Shown: piece after piece, positions 11,409 to 24,500 of the stretch
How positions within the stretch are numbered: position 1 is the stretch's first letter
Layout: each line of letters starts with the position of its first letter
DNA from: Moniliella sp. 'wahieum'
Taxonomy: Eukaryota
Assembly: GCA_003971905.1 (NCBI GenBank)
Contig: RSEE01000056.1
Location: forward strand, 186,001 to 250,000
Length of the DNA: 64,000 nt
Reading direction: 5' to 3'
Notes under the pieces: model-generated
What the model was told of the DNA's origin: nothing
Databases searched by the model: none
Seen by the model: only the letters and a program-made list of their open reading frames with translations
Position numbers and translations under genes: made by a program

Positions 11409-13911
11409 GGTGGGCGGGGGTGGTGGGGGCTGCGGACTAGGGGCTGAAGACGGAAGCTTGAAGGGAGGGCGGTGGCCTGTCTTGGCAGTCGCCAATTGCT
11501 AGTGGCAAGTCGCTTGTTTCTAGCCAGTCACTGGTGGCGGCGCACGCCCCGGTGGCTCTCCGAGGCTCTCCGAGGCTCTCCGCCGCTCTCCACGCTCTCC
11601 CTCTCTCGCGGAGCATCGGGATCCCGATGTGTGGGCAACAGTGTGGCAGTGTGCCCCCGCTGCGGCCCCGCTGCGCAGCAGCGGCGCAGTGCCAAGTGCG
11701 CCCCCATGCCCCTCGTCGGGGTTCTGGCATCATGCACCATGCATGTATCATGCATCGATCATGTCCATAATGTATCACGCCTCGGGGATCGATCTGAGAT
11801 GAATATGACGCGTGACGCGTGACACTGGCCGAAGGCCCAGGACCCGAGGACCGCAGTGGACAGCCTGGAGAGCTCCAATCGACCAGGCAGAGAAGAGAGG
11901 GTGAGCCTCCTCCTGTCTGTTGCCATTTTCTCCTGGGCGGCTTGATCACACTGGCATCCTCCAGCGTGACCAGTGACCGTCATTAGTGCGGTGCGTGATG
12001 ACAGCAATCCATCTATGTTTGTCGTTCGCACACTTAAAGGCTTGGGACAAAACGGTATTGCGCTTCGCTCGGCCGGCTCTTGATGAGAAGACCTGGAGTC
12101 TGGATAATTATCGAGAGTGATGCAATCGTACTGGTAGTGGCGGTCTAAACCAACCAACAACGCCTTACCGAGATGAACATCAAGCGCCATATATCAAGCC
12201 GCGAGTTGCCACCAGGGGCTAAGCTATGCGGAACAAGGAAAACAGGAGCGAGAAAACAACAAACGGAAGGGACGTTGGCCAAAGCACAGCCCACCGGTAT
12301 ATATTAGCTCAATAGCCTTTGCTCCTATAAATACTATGAGGTGACCGTGTCTCCGGTTGTCAAGCCCTTCATCAAACGTTCTACTCGTTTACACGAGAGT
12401 GCGTTGTTGAGCCTTCTACCTTTTCCTGCCTGCCTTTTCTTGTGTCATCGGGATCACCGGCCGGGGGGGGGTGCGGGCTAGCAGTTTGTATTGAGGTGGC
12501 CGATTTCCGCGGTGGGAAGATGGGGGGATTGGGGCGTAAAGGTTGAACGTTGAACGTTGATGGGATATAACGAGCTTAACGGCATCCGTTGCTTGTCACA
12601 TGTCACCTTTCCCCCACCTTTTGGCTTCAATTTCCCCCTGACTAGTGACTCCTACCCGGCTTCGTGCTATCTCGACTCCTAACCTAACTCTTTCATCCCT
12701 ATCTTCCCCTCGCCTTGATTCCCGGTGCTTCTCTCGGCCATAGACGGTAGTTTGTCGCCAGCCTGACTGCCTCTGGGCTATTGCAACACTTGCGCCCACT
12801 ACCAGGCTGAGAGATGGGTGAAATGATGATGATGCATCCTTGAGCTGATGCCGCCTGATGCACCTGATGGAGATCTCATCTCCAGTGCTGCCATACTACT
12901 ACTAGAATCAGTAAATAAGGCCTAATGACCCTCGAGGGGGATGCAATCGCATTAGTAGTAGTATAATGGCGGTGGTGAGAGCGGCAGTCAAGCTTCAATC
13001 CCGCCGAAGATACGTACAGGGACAGTAAATGCATTAGCTCCACCTAGACTGGCCGCGGAACAAGGAAAAACAGAAGTGGCTAAACAAGCTCATAGGCCTG
13101 TGAAGCAGGACTGTTGAAGAGACCATTTAGTCGCAAGCACACAGGAGCAAAATGCAACTCCGTGAGATGCATCAGCCATCAGCTGCATCAGTATCGAGTC
13201 AGCATCAGCATATTATGCCACACAAACTTCCTCATACGAACCCAACGTCGCTCTCGCGCTTGTATGGTTGCGGAAATACCGTCTCGGCATTCCAATACTC
13301 ATCGAGCATCACGGGCATTTTGGGTATAGATAGAATAGTAGCAGAAGCATTAAAACGTGAGAGAGGAGGCGATGAGGGCATGATTATGGCAGCCTCCACG
13401 TACTCAACCACATTGAAGCTCCACACACACCATTCCTCCTGAAGGGCCTGAGGCCTGGCCTGATGCACCTGATGGTGCTATATGGCAATATGAGGACGGC
13501 GAATTTGATGGAAGACGAAGATGAAGACACACAAAATCAAGGCAAAATGGGAGAGCATCGTGAACGGAAGGCACGGTGAATGTACATACAAGATCTGGGC
13601 GCACACAAAACAGCATACTACAGGAGAGTCTGTCCATGGTACAATTAGAATACGAGTGGGATATAGTAGATGCATTCCACACGAAATGTGCTACTCTATT
13701 AGTATAGTACGGCACTTCTCTGTATACCATACAACCTCAATATATAACGTTTGTCCCATTGTGAATCGCTGTAATATAGGGCCTCACGGGAGTCCGTAAT
13801 GTTTATAGGTTCTTGAGCCATATATAGATCCGTTTTTTAATCTTGAGCTAAACAATGCCTTATCCGAAGGAACGAGGTCAGGTTCCTTTTCTTCTCCCTA
13901 GATGCTGATCC

Positions 13912-14774
13912 CTACCCCGGATTCATACCACGGTTGGGATGATTCCAATGCACCGGGATCCGAAGAACGAGAGTGATAGCCGTGACGTAGGCTACCGGCA
14001 CGTTGGGTGCAACCGTGATGACATATCGTGGACGTACACCCACATCGCGCACGATCGTAGCGATACCCTGGATGGGCGTGGTGGTGGTCCGAAGAACCCA
14101 TCCGGCGTCGGTGCGATACAACCCCAAGTCTCCCCGAGGAGAAAGTAACCTTTGCTGTTCAGGGTCAATCGACATGACTTCCCGTCCCTTCATGTGGCCC
14201 ACAAAGCTGCCTTGAGTGCTAGGACGGAGGGCGAGGATCTGTTGTCCTGACAGGTCACAAATCCTGTCGGGCACGTACCCTGTTTCGTCACTTGGCCAGG
14301 TGTACTCCAAACGAAAGAGCGGGGACCTTTCCTTGCGTGTCTGCCGACAGGACGAACAACAGATATATCAGATTAGCAGAGTGGCCCAGAGCAAAAACCA
14401 AAGTGTTCCGGCCAAATCCGAAAGGATGGAAAGAAGACCAACCTCTACGACCGGATGGGAAGACCGAGTGAAACGCTTGGGCCCAACAACAAAGGAGGTC
14501 TTATGCTCATAAGAACAAAGTTCGGGGGGCTCCGAGTAGGCTGGGGGAATGTTATCGGGCGCATCTCCCAAAAGTCATCCTCCTTTGTAACCTTCTTCGT
14601 AGAAGCCGTCACTTGACTGGAAGCCAACGATCCCCGCGATTGGGATGGGACGAGGTGGCCGGTATTTGATGGTAGCACGGGTTGGGGCTCCTGAATTTGT
14701 TGCTGTTGCCAATTGCGTGGCAACTTGTTTGCTCTTTCACCATCATTGCGGTTACGGAAGAGTTTGGAAAGCAT
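13912..14774 (-). CDS. Hypothetical protein, possible LURP-one-related/Tubby-C2-like fold with a PY motif
   Basis: ATG at 14774 (MLSKLFRNR), PPAY motif. Intron 14341-14442 (GTTGGT...GCTAAT...CAG) joins in frame VVE|TRKERSPLFRLEYTW. C-terminal RYVITVAPNVPVAYVTAITLVL resembles the LURP1/Tubby-C2 terminal strand and helix. Confidence 0.55.
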
Positions 14775-17700
14775 TGTGGCCGGGGAGAGGAGTTTCGACA
14801 CAAGGAAAGGGGATTGGAGAAATGGTTGGTGGTCAGGAAGGAAACCAGAGATGAAGAGAGGTGCTTGGCAGTTGGGTGGCAAGGAACGCAGACTATATAT
14901 AGAGAGAGAAGCGCAAATAGTGCACACTGCTACCCTCGTACCAACCAAGTCTCAAAGCGCCACAGCCAGGTGTCAAGCATTTTCGTCATACGCGTGGTCA
15001 TTCATCTTTTCGTGGTGGTGTGGAGTCACAACGACTATTAGTCGCCCTGGATTTTGTGACATATACTATCCCGCAAGACAGAATAATACACTCAGGAACA
15101 GCTTAACAAAAGATGTATATTAGTCCTGTGCATTCGGAGATCCGTGTATGTACCCTCCTGCATGTGACATTGTTACCCCGCACATCTTGCTGTGCGTCGG
15201 CTATATCTATACCTCAACACTCTTTCCGTTCCAAAACATGCACTGGGCCCACAGTCTCGGAGGTACGAGACCAGGCGGTTGCAGTTTGCTTCAAGGAAAA
15301 GCCGATGACCGATTTGTCCGTGGGTATATAGGCAGTGGAATAAGACTACGATAGGGTTACTACAGAGGCTGCTACACCCAGCTGCTACCCTGCGGGGATG
15401 CTCCGTGCTTGAGAGAGGTGTAAGGCCTAAGGGGATCCGTGTGTGGCATACCGTTACTGACTTTCTGTGAGTGTGTTACGGAATTTATTAGATGCGTGCC
15501 CTTTCACATCACTATAACCGCCACCCTCAACATTGAGTTCAACGACGTGATTGCGTTTTCCGATGAGGCCCCGGTGCAGGCCAGTGAGGCCCGAGGGGTG
15601 AGAGGCGAGAGGCAGTGGCGCCTGAGGGCGCTGAGGGGTGTTGGTGTGAACACGGAGAATCATTCCCGCAGAAGCCATGATGCATGATTACCTTGCCATG
15701 ACTCATATGTAGACTCATCGAAAACTCATCGAAAACTCATCGATACAACGCGAACACCATCAGTGATCACATGCCACAGAACGCGAAAGTACAAGATGAG
15801 ACCGCGTACGGGGAGGAATAGCACTGTACTTTAATTAATTAAAGTGTTGGACGGATCTGCAGAAAGGGGTATCGCGCGAAGGATCCTTATTAGTAGTAGT
15901 TATTTTGATCCCACTCAGTATACTCGAAAGTAGAGTTCTTTGGCTTTCTGTAGCTTCTAACGACGACGATGCAGGTAAAATAAAGTACAGCGCTTGAGTC
16001 ATCTAGTCATACCAGTGTCATGCCTTGTCATATATACGGTAGTTGTTACGCGTTAGGGGGTGCTCTGCGGTTATCTCCGGACGCCGAGCCCCGCATGTCG
16101 TACTAGACATCTCAGCCGAAGACGCGTCAGTACTGAGTCCGATTAGACTAGCAAGAGAGAGCCAGTCGACACCTTATCCTTGCTGCGGATATCATCCCCA
16201 GCCCGCCATGGTCGCATACGGACTCTCATCGGTGCGGTGATGGTTTGTGCCCATCGCACTCAGCCTTGGCAGAACCCTTCCCGCCGCCCCCGACTGCGCA
16301 GCGTCAGCGCCTTTGAGAGCCCGGGCTGCGTATTGGGTTTTACCTCTCTGGAAAGTTCCTTACATTCTGTTTATACCTGTCATGAGGCCCTTGAAGCTTG
16401 GCGTTGAGGTCTGGCTCCTTTTTCTGTATATGGCTCCTTTTCTGTATATTATAAGCAGCCCTGTCTAAGGCTTCTAGCTGTGGTCCTTGTCGACCGTTGC
16501 CACATCTGCCCCTGTTCCAACCTTCCAATTCTTCTCTCGCCCTTCCACCCCCTACCACCCTTACGAATTTACGACTCACGCCGGTTCCACTGCAATCCGC
16601 GGTTACTCTCAGTAGCGCTTGCCTTTCGTTAGGACTCCTTCTGATTCCACCTATTACAGCGCGTCAAGTATTGTGGTAATGCCCCAGATAACCCACGTCA
16701 GTACCTCAGAGTTCTTGGACTGCTTCAACTGGTCTGACGACTTACCAATATACGCTGCTCCTATACATCGAAGGGTCTGGGCTGAGGCCGTGGCACGCAG
16801 GCAGCCACCGAACTAGAGAGTCTCTCTCCTCGCCTATCGGTTCGACCAGGTTCTGAGGCCGGACATGGCGCACGTGGCTCCGATTGGCCGTCGAAGGGTT
16901 TGTACCCCTAAACTACAGGGGTGAATCCCACCTCGGGACCCCCCATGACAGAAGCTTGCTGTCCAGCTCACAGAATTTTTTTGCCCTTCTTGCCTTTGCT
17001 CTCTCCCTCCGCCATTCCGAGAATGGAGTAGTACCTTTTGGGATTCACTCGCTCTCGTCCTTGCTGCTGCCATTGACGATTCGGACACGCACTTAGGTCT
17101 CTTTCATCACCTGAAGCTGTGTTAGCCATCTTCACCCCATACAGGACATTTTCCTTTTGCCCAGCTCTCTAAATGATGTTGCTCTACTATTAGCGCACAC
17201 ACGTGCCCTCATCATGGCTTTGTCCACGAAGCAGAGGTGCGACGTTTTGTCGAGGCCGACTAGAACACAGTGGAGAGTCCTGATCTCCTTTTCTTCCCGA
17301 GTGGCGTCCCTGCTACGGCAACTTCCGTGACCTCGGGTTCGGCATCATTGTGGTTCTACCCTCCTCTTCCTGTCCCGATCGTGTCCCATACTAAATGGCT
17401 CATCGAGTGTGTATATAACCGCCAATCCGCCAACCACGGACACTCACCCTTTACCTCGATGAAACCACACGTGTGCCTCTGCCCCCTCCGGCTGGCCCTA
17501 GGGACGAGCGCCACCTTCGGCCCAGCGGCCACTGTACAGCGCAGGGCTGTGCGGGACACGCCCATCCTTTTACTCCCAGCGTTCGACGCTACCGGGGCCG
17601 ACTTCGCCTGCGAACCAATAAGCCACAGCTTGCCCTCCGCCCCCCTGACTTGACGGCCGCTTGAGACAGTTCCGGGCGTGCAGAGGATGTGGTGCCTCCG

Positions 17701-17970
17701 CCTCTCCTCGGCATCGCGAGGAGGACGTACTTAGTTAGTCCACACTCTCCTCGCTTGTCGCCCCACGGAGAGGCAGTTTGCTCGCTTGCTGGAGTTGGGG
17801 GGTTTGTGGACCAAATTCATTGTTCGCTCATCACCCAGAGGAGTTCCCCTCAAGGGATGGAATGATGGGGGAACAAGGAGATTTGGAGTGACGCTGGGGT
17901 CCTCTGAGTCTACAAAAAGTCTGCATCGATTTTGAGCATCCCATGGCTTTTAATCAAGGAAGCCAAAAAA

Positions 17971-18071
17971 TGTCGTGTCCCGGGATCGAACCGGGGACCT
18001 TGAGGAATCGTAAACGATCTGCTATTGAAGCTGACTTCAATCTCACGCTCTCCCATCTGAGCTAACCCGAC
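17971..18071 (-). tRNA. tRNA-Phe (GAA) with ~26-28 nt intron at the canonical position
   Basis: Minus strand GTCGGGT TA GCTCAGATGGGAGAGC G TGAGA TTGAAG[intron]...CCTCA AGGTC CCCGG TTCGATC CCGGG ACACGAC A, followed by a T6 Pol III terminator. A and B boxes are intact. Confidence 0.88.
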
Positions 18072-20007
18072 TTCAGTGAGCAGCTGCGCATTTACAGCAC
18101 ATGACACGCCGGGATGGATTAAAGGGTCCTTCGCTATCATTGCTTGAGAATGATTGGCAAGAATAATTTGAAGTGGGTTCTAACCTGACAGGAAACGGGA
18201 AATGGAGGAAAAGGGAGCAGGTGATTGGGCTGAAGCCGGAGAGCTGAGTGGGATCAAACCTAACGTGTGATGGAGATGGAGGAAAGGATGGATTGGATAC
18301 ATTATGGACGGACTGCTGGAGGTATATGTACCTCAGAAGGAAGAGGGGCACCGTCGAGAGGTGGACACAGAATTTTCCAATGATAGGAATCACGTCCTAG
18401 TGTCCCATACGGGCCTAGTGGTCCAAGGGGCCCCTAGCAGGGCGCATTAACAGTATGGGTTGTTGATACATAGTGTGTGGTGCATTCTTTTATGACATTG
18501 ACCCGTGGGCCATGGGGGGGCTCACCGTGGTGGTCCCCGAGGTGGGACCCCTTCCCCTGGTGTGGTTAGCGGTAAATTCAAACGTCCTTGGACGGCCAAT
18601 CGGTGCCACACGCACGGTATATGTCCGACTTCAGATCATATCTTCGCAGTCGAACCAAGAGCGAGTGAAGGATAGGGAGAAACGCTCTATAGTTTGAGTT
18701 TGTGTCTGCGTGCATAGGACTCACCTTATATATAAACCCTCAAGGACTGAGCAGGGTGTGTATAGGACGTCAAGCTCCCCCCCTGTTGAATGTGTCCATG
18801 CGATACTCCAGCATAAAGCTTTTGCTTCCTGACGTTCCGCACTGGCGGCCGTATCAGGCGGAAGAAACAGACAGAATCCTGAGGCCTGACTGAAGAACAA
18901 AGCGCTGCCTGTGAGGGTAGTAGTAATAACTTTTTTGGCAGCACAGTGTAACCGACGTAGAATCAGGGCGGGGTGAAAAGTCGAGAGCGAAGGAGGAGAA
19001 AACGTGTGTAAAGGATAATACCTGGCGAAAACTTGGAATGGAAGAGGTTAGTCGGCATGCAACAGGATGATCGCTGAGGACTGCGGCAGCAAGGCTTAGA
19101 CGGGCTGAATATATATACATTGAAGATGAGATCAAGACAGGTATAAAACAGGTTTTGGAGCTTTACAGAGAGGTAAATAAAAGGCGGATGAAACCAGCCA
19201 TATACTTTCAAGGGTGCTCACACGCTGTTGTGTGGCCACTAGGCGCATCGACTGAAAGGTTCTGACTGACCTGAGGGCGCAAAGGGTATAACAAGCACTT
19301 TTATTGAGAGGGGCTCGTGCGACCATATCTATACGGCCAACCGCGGAGAATATCGCAGCAGGGATCAGTATTTGCCCACTGACTTTCTCTCGCTAGTCTC
19401 AACCCTCTGTTTGGATGAGATGTACACGACATGCAGGGCTCTGAGTTCTGAGTTCTAGTACTCTTCGGTAACAGAGATCGCGTATAGAGGCAAGAGTGGA
19501 AGCCCTGATGTGGAAAAGTTGTTATATCATGACCACACAACAAAACACCGCTTTCGATCACACACACCGCACTCAGTACACAGTCTGAGTACTCTCTTCA
19601 GTGTACTCACCCCATATCCCGCCCGTTCCTGTGTTGTATAGTAAAACATGTACGCAATCCCGCAGATCTCTTCCCGATTGCCCGCAAGGCCATATGAAGC
19701 CGGCGGGATGAGCTCTCTCTCTTTTTCTACCACTCTTATATATTTTCACTGGAGGACCACACATCTCACCGAAGAATCCATATGGTCTTTCGTCTCTCAT
19801 TGATCTCTTTCTACTTACTGAAGTTGGGTTCCAGCATGGGCTGAACACTGCTGGGCCCAGTTCGGTATAATGCATCTCTTTCTTCCTCAAGATGGCATGG
19901 ACCTTTTGAGGCCCTTGAGGGGTAACCGGTTAATGCATACAATCAGGCCCTTAGGTGTTCTATACCCAATGCGCCACCGGGCGACAACTGAAATGTGAAA
20001 CCATAGC

Positions 20008-20089
20008 GAAGCTTGAAGCTTGAAGCTTGAAGCTTGAGCGCCTTGAGCGCTTGAAGCTTGAAGCTTGAAGCTTGATGCATGATGCATGC
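20008..20089. repeat. Heptamer tandem array (GAAGCTT)n interrupted by GAGCGC(C)TT units and ending in (GATGCAT)n
   Basis: Read directly: gaagcttgaagcttgaagcttgaagcttgagcgccttgagcgcttgaagcttgaagcttgaagcttgatgcatgatgcatgc. Confidence 0.95.
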
Positions 20090-21538
20090 TGCGCCTTTTA
20101 ATGAAATTTGCTTGATAGGTGATCCGGTGATGCATGCGATGCATTCCCAGCACAAGCAACTGTGTTTTTGCGGCAGGAAACACCTTGCGGCATGTCTCTG
20201 GACGAAGAATCAATGACGTCGGTAAGAAGGGGAGGCAGCACACGGCCTGTGTACAGCATGGAGGGAATGATCGCCGGATACCAAGCCACCGGCCACGCAG
20301 CATAGCGCTTGCCATCCCCCGGCGCAGCAGAGGCAGCAGCCGTGCAGTCTACTGGGCAGCCGCCACCGGCACCAGCTGTGCCAGCCCATGCCGCTTTGCT
20401 CGGCAGGGCTGGAAAGGGCTGCGCGTCACTGTCACAGTCACTGCATCACAGCGCCATGGGTGGCGCGTCTGCTGCGCTGCTCGTCGCGGCACGTGTCAGG
20501 CATGACGCATGTGACGCACCTCGTTGCTGCCTCTTGGTGCCTGCCCCTCTGCCCCTTCTTTGTATGTTCTCAGATCTCAACGCCTCCAGTGGAGTAGTGC
20601 TCGTGATCAGCGCGATTGATCAGCAGCTACTGGCTCAGCTGCTGCTGCTGACCCAGTGCTGAACGCGCTGAACGCTGAACTGACCGATGATTCTGATCGG
20701 CAATTGAAACTCGCTCGCCGCTTTGAAGATGAAAGCACCACCACAGCAGTCGTCGGCACGGACAAGGCCATGGGTGAAACAGGCACGAAGGCAATTGTCA
20801 AGGACATATCCGGTGTTGGGCGCCAGCTAGTGGCCGGGGACCAGGGACCAGTGGCCAATCGCGCATTCGCAACCGCGGCGGCGTTCTCTCAGAATCTGGC
20901 TGTGGGTGTGGTGACGGTGAGGGGGTGACACCGGTGACGGAAAAACAGAGCGAACAGTCGGACATGGAAGCGAGACGTGCGGCATGTGGGCGCGTCAGGC
21001 GTCAGGGGCGTCAGGAAGCGCGTTTCCCATGTACGCAACGCCGTTCTATTCTTCAGATACTCCGCACGGACGAGGCGATGGCCGATGGCAGAGGGCGGAT
21101 GGTCGAGGGAGGGAGCAATGTGTTTGGGCAACTGCTGCCGCGTGTCTGTGGACGACAGGGTGTCTGTCTGGCACAGACACCCCAGTGCTGGCTGAAATCA
21201 TGCATCAGCGATCATGGCGTCGGACGGCTGGGCGCGGGCTGGCGACGCGCGTGGCGCGGCATGGGCGTGGGACGAGTGTCCACACGCCGGCTGCTGCTGC
21301 TGCTGCTGCCTGCTGTGTCTGTCTGCCGAGGGGCTTGCTGCTGGCCTGCTCTGGCTGCAGCTATGGGCGCCCATGCCCATCCCCCATCCATTCATCCATC
21401 CACCTCCTCCCCACCCCATTCCCTCCCCACCCTTCAGCTGGCCCTGAGCACCACCACCACCACCATCCGCAACCCCTCCTCATCCTCCTTACCATCCCCT
21501 CATCTCCCCTGCTCCCACCCTCCTTCTCCTGCGCCAAG

Positions 21539-24500
21539 ATGGACTTTGTGCCCCACCGCTCCGCCCCACCCCCGCCGCCTGGCGCGACGGGGCTGCCAAT
21601 CGCCCAGGCGTTTGGCACGACGCTCGACGCGCCCATGCCGCTCCATCAGCGCTGCCCTTGGGCCTCTCCTTCCCACACCACCACCCGTGACCAGCAGCCA
21701 TTCCTCCCAACCACGCGAACCCACCGCACCCGGCTATGTTCCCACCCACACTGGCGCGCCTCCATTGCCAGCATGAGCGGGGTCCACTAACCACACAGGT
21801 CGATCCACCCTCCAATCCGCCGCTGTGGCCACCTGCCCTGGATCCGTACGAGACGCTCACTGGTCCCGCAAACTCCCCTCATCCTAGCCCAGCGCCACCA
21901 TCCGAATTTGCTTCGGTCTCGCCGATGATGTCTCGCATGCCCTCGGCCCCTTCGATCCAGCCCGCATACGGTGACGAGCCATTTGTCCCCTGACCAACAA
22001 GTCCTCCGCTTCCACCACCCCCATACCGCTCCCAGCGTCCTCCCCTCCTCCTTCAAGCGGGCAGAGAGGACAGGGCCGTAACCTCAAAATGTCATTGGGG
22101 GCATGTTTGGCGGTAGTAAGTGAATAGCTTGTCTTTTCATGACTACATGCTAACCCTCTCTCTCTCGGCTTCCCCAGACGTCTTTGGCTCCATCCGGCCG
22201 GCCCCTCGAAATCTCAGAGCCCTACGCTCCGCTGCACCTTGTCCATGTCGGCTTCAACAACGGCACGGGCCAGTTTACGGGCATGCCTCAAGAGTGGCAA
22301 ACACTCCTCCAAGCTTCCGGCATTTCGCACGCGCGCAGGCCGAACATCCTGAAACCATGCGTGCCATTGTGGCCCTGTACCAAGCCCAGCAGCAGGACAC
22401 GGCATCAGGCGAGGATGTATGGAACCAAGTTTGGCCACGCCCACCCACGCAACCTTTACCCGCCCCCTCAGCGCCGGCCACCTCAACCATCGGCACACCC
22501 AGCTCAAGCTCGATAGCCCAAGGATCTGAGTTATCCAGGGCTGTTTTTTCTTCTACTAGCTTGACTACTCCTCGTGCCTCCCGCGCCGCGCCCCCGCCCC
22601 CGCTTCCGGTACCTTCTGCTCCAATGTCCCACAAGCCCTTTGCGAGTGCCCCAAGTCGTAGCCCTACTCAGACTGGACAACATCCTCCCCTTCCCAGCCC
22701 ACGAGTGCTCCTCCGCTCACCCGATCATTGCCACAACGAAGTTGGACGTCCGATCCCATCTCGCAACCTCATTGCACCCCAACCTCCACCCACTTGATAC
22801 GAGCCGCTCTCTCTCGCAAACTCCATCCCCCAGGTTTCGCGAGGCGTGCACTCCCTCTGCCTCCCTACCCCAAACCGTGCCTACCTCGTCCAACTCCGAC
22901 TTGATACCTCACGATCTCAACACTTCTGTCCCGATTTGCCACGAGAATCTCGGCCTACTTGTGAGCCCACAGCTATAGCCAAGGCTGTTTCAGCCGGATC
23001 GTCCTCGGCCTCCTTGCGGCGGCGGCAGCAGCGGCGACAGCTGCCTCTTCTGCTTCTTCTGCCTCGGCGTCATTCTCTCCAGTCCACCAGTCCGGGAGGT
23101 GCACAACCTCCATTCCCTCCCCCGGGTTGGCAGCTTCCAAGAGCCTCTCCCTCCCCGTGTAGCCAGTCCGCCTTCCGGGGCCTTGGTGCGCAAAGCCAGT
23201 CCCGCACCGCAGAGTACCGCCATCTCTCTTGGTGGCTCGGCTCGGACTTGGCACGTTCACAGTCACAGTCCCCGTCCAACTTCCCCTCGTTCAACAGCGA
23301 CAGGAGCAGCAGCAGCTCAATCCAGCCCTACCCCTCATGCGGCCGACAACCGCTCTTCTTCCCTTCCCGGCCCCGCCAAGCCTCTGTATCACGCAGCGCA
23401 AGTCGGACCCGCACCAAGTCCGTCAGCACAGTGGCCACCCGTGCGGCGCGGCCTGCGCCACCCCTCCCGCCTCGGCCGCGCATACAGCGACGGTGAAGCC
23501 GGTCGGGGCTGGGGCGCACATGGCAGCCCAACTTTCCTCGTCATCTGTCCGGGCCCGATCCAAATCCTCTCGTCGGAGAAGGCATCAGTAGCGCGCGTGC
23601 AACGGCGACAGGGACCAACGCAGCACCTGCGCCACCGTTGCCTGCTGCGATCCCGCGGCGGCCGAGGAAAGAGCCAGCGGGGACACTTTCCCACGATCAG
23701 GTTGTGGCCCAGTTGCGTAGCATCTGCTCGCCCGGCGACCCGCATAAACTGTACCGTTCCTTCACCAAGGTAGGGCAAGGTGCGTCGGGCGGCGTGTACA
23801 CAGCCTATGCGACCGGCACCAATGCCAGCGTCGCCATCAAGCAGATGAATTTGGCCGCCCAACCAAAGCAGAACTGATCATCAATGAGATTCTCGTCATG
23901 CGCGAAAGCCGGCACCCAACATTGTCAACTTTATTGACTCGTTCCTCGTCACCAACTCAAAGGGTGCGGCGGGCAAACCCGACAATCTCGATCTCTGGGT
24001 CGTGATGGAGTACATGGATGGCGGGTCCTTGACCGATGTGGTGACATACTCTGTCCTGTCCGAGGGCCAGATCGCGGCGGTGGCCAAGGAAGTGCTCAAG
24101 GGTTTGATTCACCTGCACCAACAAGGGGATCCACCGCGACATCAAGTCGGACAATGTCTTGCTTTCGCGCCGGACGGGCGAGATCAAGTTGACCGACTTT
24201 GGCTTTTGTGCGCAGTTGGGCGCAGGCGCGTGGCCCTGCAGCGAAGCGAACCACGATGGTAGGCACGCCTTACTGGATGGCGCCCGAGGTGGTAACGCGT
24301 AAAGCGTATGGGGCCAAGGTGGACGTGTGGTCGTTGGGCATTCTGACAATCGAGATGGTCGATGGCGAGCCGCCGTATCTGCATGAAAACCCACTGCGGG
24401 CGCTGTACCTGATTGCTACTCATGGCACCCCCAACTGACCCGCACCCCGAACGGCTGTCACTTAGCCTGCGCAACTTCCTCTCCACAGCGTTGCAAGTTG

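Noticed and set aside
20008..20089. Repeat array as CRISPR or a restriction-site cloning artefact
   Set aside because: There are no spacers or cas genes and the context is eukaryotic. The same grammar occurs at many native intergenic sites without vector sequence.
11900..21500. Mating pheromone precursor or STE3 receptor near STE20
   Set aside because: No short CaaX-terminated repeat ORF or 7-TM receptor was recognised in the ORF track or by eye; very small ORFs could have been missed.
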